A stretch of 63,945 bases of DNA, counting the filler, from Candidatus Methanoxibalbensis ujae (GTDB taxonomy: Archaea > Halobacteriota > Syntropharchaeia > Alkanophagales > Methanospirareceae), in the NCBI GenBank assembly GCA_026134085.1. It is 3 parts of 3 records of this genome, joined end to end, with 100 filler letters (N's around TTAATTAATTAA, not from the genome) between each part and the next. Parts side by side here need not be neighbours in the genome. Positions count along the whole stretch, not along the records: positions 48,634 to 63,945 come from JAOQIN010000041.1; 2 more parts are not named here. The stretch is one strand, 5' to 3'. Made by a program: the position numbers and the translations under genes. Under the pieces are notes generated by a model. The model did not search any database and was not told the DNA's origin. It saw only the letters and a program-made list of their open reading frames with translations. Positions within the stretch are counted from its first letter, which is position 1. Every line of letters starts with the position of its first letter. This document shows positions 61,186 through 63,945 of this stretch, piece after piece.

Positions 61186-62433
61186 TCAAATCTCCCCACG
61201 ATTCACACTGAATTTCCGCATGAACTTTCGTTCAATGTGTTTTTTGATGCGATATGCGAAGCATGTGAAGAGTATGCCGTTGAAGTAGGCGATCGCCTCG
61301 TTCCCTCCGACTGAGATGAGAGCTCTGGGGTTTTGGACCGTGTTTTTGGGGGTGTATTCCTTCAGAGGCTTCCCTTTAAGCGCTCTTGCGATGTTTTCCG
61401 CAGCCGCCTTCCCCTGCCTTTCCGCCTCTTCCGCGTTTTTTCCAGATGTCCTGCTGGCACGCTCAAAGTGTGCGATGTCACCAATCGCATACACATCTTC
61501 AAATCCGTAAACACGCAGGTAATCATCAGTTTTAAGCCATCCCCTCACCTTAGGTGCGGAAATTCGCTCAGATAGGCGGTTTGGCTTGAGACCCGCTGTC
61601 CATATAAGCATGTCAAAATGCAGCACGACACTTTCAGACGATGACACCTTCCTGAGTTCTATCTCATTTTCCCTCACAGACTGAACGGCATGACCCGTGA
61701 GCATCTCAACACCTCTCCGCGCGAGCATATGCGCAACACGCCTTGAAACCTTCTCTGGCATCGCAGGCAGAACACGCGGCATCATCTCAACAATCCTGCA
61801 TGCTCCACGACCTCTCAAAAAATCAACAACCTCTCCCGCAACCTCAACACCCGTCAGACCAGCGCCTGCAATCACAACATCAATGCTTCTATCCCCCGCT
61901 CTTCTATCCTCAGCCACGCCACTTCTATCCTCAGCCACGCCATCACCTTCCACCGCACAGTGCCAGTGCCAGTGCTTTGCCTGTGCCTGTGCCTGTGCCA
62001 GTTCATCAAGCTTTCTCCTCGCACTGAGCACACTTTCAAGCGAGTTCACAGTGAATGAATGCTCCTCGGCTCCAGGAATGCCGAAAAAAGAGGGCTCAGC
62101 ACCCACTGATATTATGAGGAAGTCATAACTCTCCGCTGAAACCTCAGTCCCTCGCCCACGACGCAGATACACCTGTTTCTCGTCAAAATCAACATCATAT
62201 ACCTCTCCCACAATGAAATTCGCACCCGTTCTCTTCGCAAACTTCCTTATATCTCCCGTCACATCGGATGTATTGACTTTTCCACTCAAAATTTCAGGCA
62301 GTAATGCGAGATTCTCAAAATATTCTTTGCGATCAATCAGTGTTATATCGGCATCAATTCTCCTGCTGAGCGTTTCAGCAGCACTCAATCCTGCAAATCC
62401 ACATCCAATAATGACAATTTTCATATATATCAC
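61186..62433 (-). CDS. Type II NADH dehydrogenase-like FAD-dependent oxidoreductase
   Basis: GCGFAG, GAGLTGVEVAGE, IWTAG and VYAIGD motifs; low-complexity insertion before the second Rossmann motif. Confidence 0.9.
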   Translation of the reverse strand: MIYMKIVIIGCGFAGLSAAETLSRRIDADITLIDRKEYFENLALLPEILSGKVNTSDVTGDIRKFAKRTGANFIVGEVYDVDFDEKQVYLRRGRGTEVSAESYDFLIISVGAEPSFFGIPGAEEHSFTVNSLESVLSARRKLDELAQAQAQAKHWHWHCAVEGDGVAEDRSGVAEDRRAGDRSIDVVIAGAGLTGVEVAGEVVDFLRGRGACRIVEMMPRVLPAMPEKVSRRVAHMLARRGVEMLTGHAVQSVRENEIELRKVSSSESVVLHFDMLIWTAGLKPNRLSERISAPKVRGWLKTDDYLRVYGFEDVYAIGDIAHFERASRTSGKNAEEAERQGKAAAENIARALKGKPLKEYTPKNTVQNPRALISVGGNEAIAYFNGILFTCFAYRIKKHIERKFMRKFSVNRGEI

Positions 62434-62723
62434 GCCATCTCATCTGCACTGCGTGCGTCGCTCACATGCCATTCCTCACTGATCCCTCATATTATTCATT
62501 AAAGCTCATCAACATGCTCTCATCGCTTTACCTGATTCAAGTTCCCCGCTTTTGGAGGGATGGAATCTCATTTTCGGTAGGAGTCTAAATAGTCCGTCTC
62601 CATATTATACATCATCCATCAATCTATAAATTCGTCAGAATAATAAACCAATTATAAAAAAAAGAAAAGGGGACACAGCCCCCATCCTTATTATTTTTTT
62701 ATTTTTTCTGCTCTGCTTTTCAC

Positions 62724-63945
62724 TCACATTTTCTTCTCTCTGCGCACCAGATACACAGCTATGAGAAGCGCTCCGATAGCAACCATTATTTCAAAGCCCT
62801 GCGTTGGCGATGGTGTCGGTGATGGCGTCGGTGAAGGTGTGGGTGATGGAGTTGGCGATGGTGTCGGTGACGGTGCAGGCGTCACAGTGGGTGTAGGCGT
62901 AGGTGTTGGAGCAACTTTCTCTCCAAACAGCACAAATGTGGTAAAGTATGTCACTTTTGCGATTACCTTGTTGCCCACGATTTTTGTGTCAAGGCGCTTC
63001 CATGCTTTTGGTGCCTCATCATACATGTAAATGACCGGTGTCAAGCCTTCAAAATCTGCGGGATTATATGTGATTGATATCTCAACAGGCTCGCTGAATG
63101 TTGCACCACTCGGCCCGAAATCGTATGCATAACCCCTGTATTCAACATTCGGCGGAGGAACAGCTGGAAGAACGGAAGGCGGTTTTATTGTTATCTTCGT
63201 GATTGGCGCACCTCCAATTGTCGCCTTTATTCCCTCTGGAATTGTTACCGCCGCTCTCTCATCCACAGATTTAGCAGTTGTTGTCGCCGTCACTTCTCCC
63301 TCCGCGGTCGTCGGTATTGATGTCTCTCCCGCTGCTACAGGTGGTGCTGCTCGTGCTCCTCCAGGCGCTCGGCGGTGAGTTGGTGTTGGAGTAGGTGTTG
63401 GTGTTGGGGTAGGCGTTATTGGTACCACTGTTATTGTATCTTCACCTTTCACTGTATCTATTACGCCTGATACATTGCTTATCCAACCTGTGATGTTATA
63501 ACTGTCTTCTGTTGCGTTATCCGGCACTGTCAGACGATATATGACAGTTTTTGTCTCTCCTTCATTGATAATGAACCACACCCATTCATTTGTGCTCGGT
63601 TTATAAGCGTCCGCATCGTCACTCACTCTCGTCAAGTTCCATCCCTCTGGAATGTCTTCATCTAAAGACAACGGTTGACTGATATTATTCGTAATTATAA
63701 CAGTAACATTTGTTGATTCTCCGGGTTCCAATGTCTGCTTCTCTATTTCACGAACGGCACTCGCCGACTTAGGTGCTGGTGGCACTTCCACGGTTATTAT
63801 GCTCTCACCTTTCACTGTATCTATGACACCAGATGCGTTACTTATTCTTCCTACGATTAAATAGTTTCCTTCTGTTGCGTTATCCGGCACTGTCAGACGA
63901 TATATGACAGTTTTTGTCTCTCCTTCATTGATAATGAACCACACC
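62724..63945 (-). CDS. Surface protein (5' part outside the window) with tandem 121-aa domains, Pro/Thr linkers and a PGF-CTERM-like tail
   Basis: 63506-63582 identical to 63869-63945; (TP)n linkers; QGFE, TM helix and RREKK. Confidence 0.85.
   Translation of the reverse strand, partial: VWFIINEGETKTVIYRLTVPDNATEGNYLIVGRISNASGVIDTVKGESIITVEVPPAPKSASAVREIEKQTLEPGESTNVTVIITNNISQPLSLDEDIPEGWNLTRVSDDADAYKPSTNEWVWFIINEGETKTVIYRLTVPDNATEDSYNITGWISNVSGVIDTVKGEDTITVVPITPTPTPTPTPTPTHRRAPGGARAAPPVAAGETSIPTTAEGEVTATTTAKSVDERAAVTIPEGIKATIGGAPITKITIKPPSVLPAVPPPNVEYRGYAYDFGPSGATFSEPVEISITYNPADFEGLTPVIYMYDEAPKAWKRLDTKIVGNKVIAKVTYFTTFVLFGEKVAPTPTPTPTVTPAPSPTPSPTPSPTPSPTPSPTPSPTQGFEIMVAIGALLIAVYLVRREKKM

Noticed and set aside
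1..63945. CRISPR array or cas genes
   Set aside because: All repeats are tandem or intragenic with no unique spacers, and no Cas motifs are seen

Overview
Archaeal chromosomal window made of three contigs joined by artificial 100-nt N/TTAATTAATTAA linkers (24551-24650, 48534-48633). Gene content (thermosome, aIF-1A, aIF-6, RIO1, Dim2/KH, SepF, ZPR1, Hps-RraA, PurP, FwdC-like, PGF-CTERM and VPXXXP-CTERM proteins, a tetraheme cytochrome c) points to a Halobacteriota euryarchaeon. By inference it is an ANME-1/Syntrophoarchaeia-like lineage, probably thermophilic. About two thirds is housekeeping, including tRNA-Ser(CGA) and tRNA-His(GUG). The accessory part is rich in cell-surface genes. The best candidate for a little-described system is an archaeal cellulosome-like cohesin/dockerin assembly at 48.6-55.7 kb: a three-cohesin plus dockerin scaffoldin, two dockerin cargo proteins and a cohesin adaptor. 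The adaptor carries a 'GWNL...GYWI' module shared with a giant internally duplicated S-layer candidate; in a paralog pair this module replaces a PGF-CTERM anchor. Also notable: an ORF-less IS200/IS605-type element that looks like a stand-alone TnpB omega-RNA, a Met-rich uORF coupled to pcm, decayed IS982/IS630 copies, and a pervasive signature of short tandem duplications. All family calls come from motif recognition; no searches were run.
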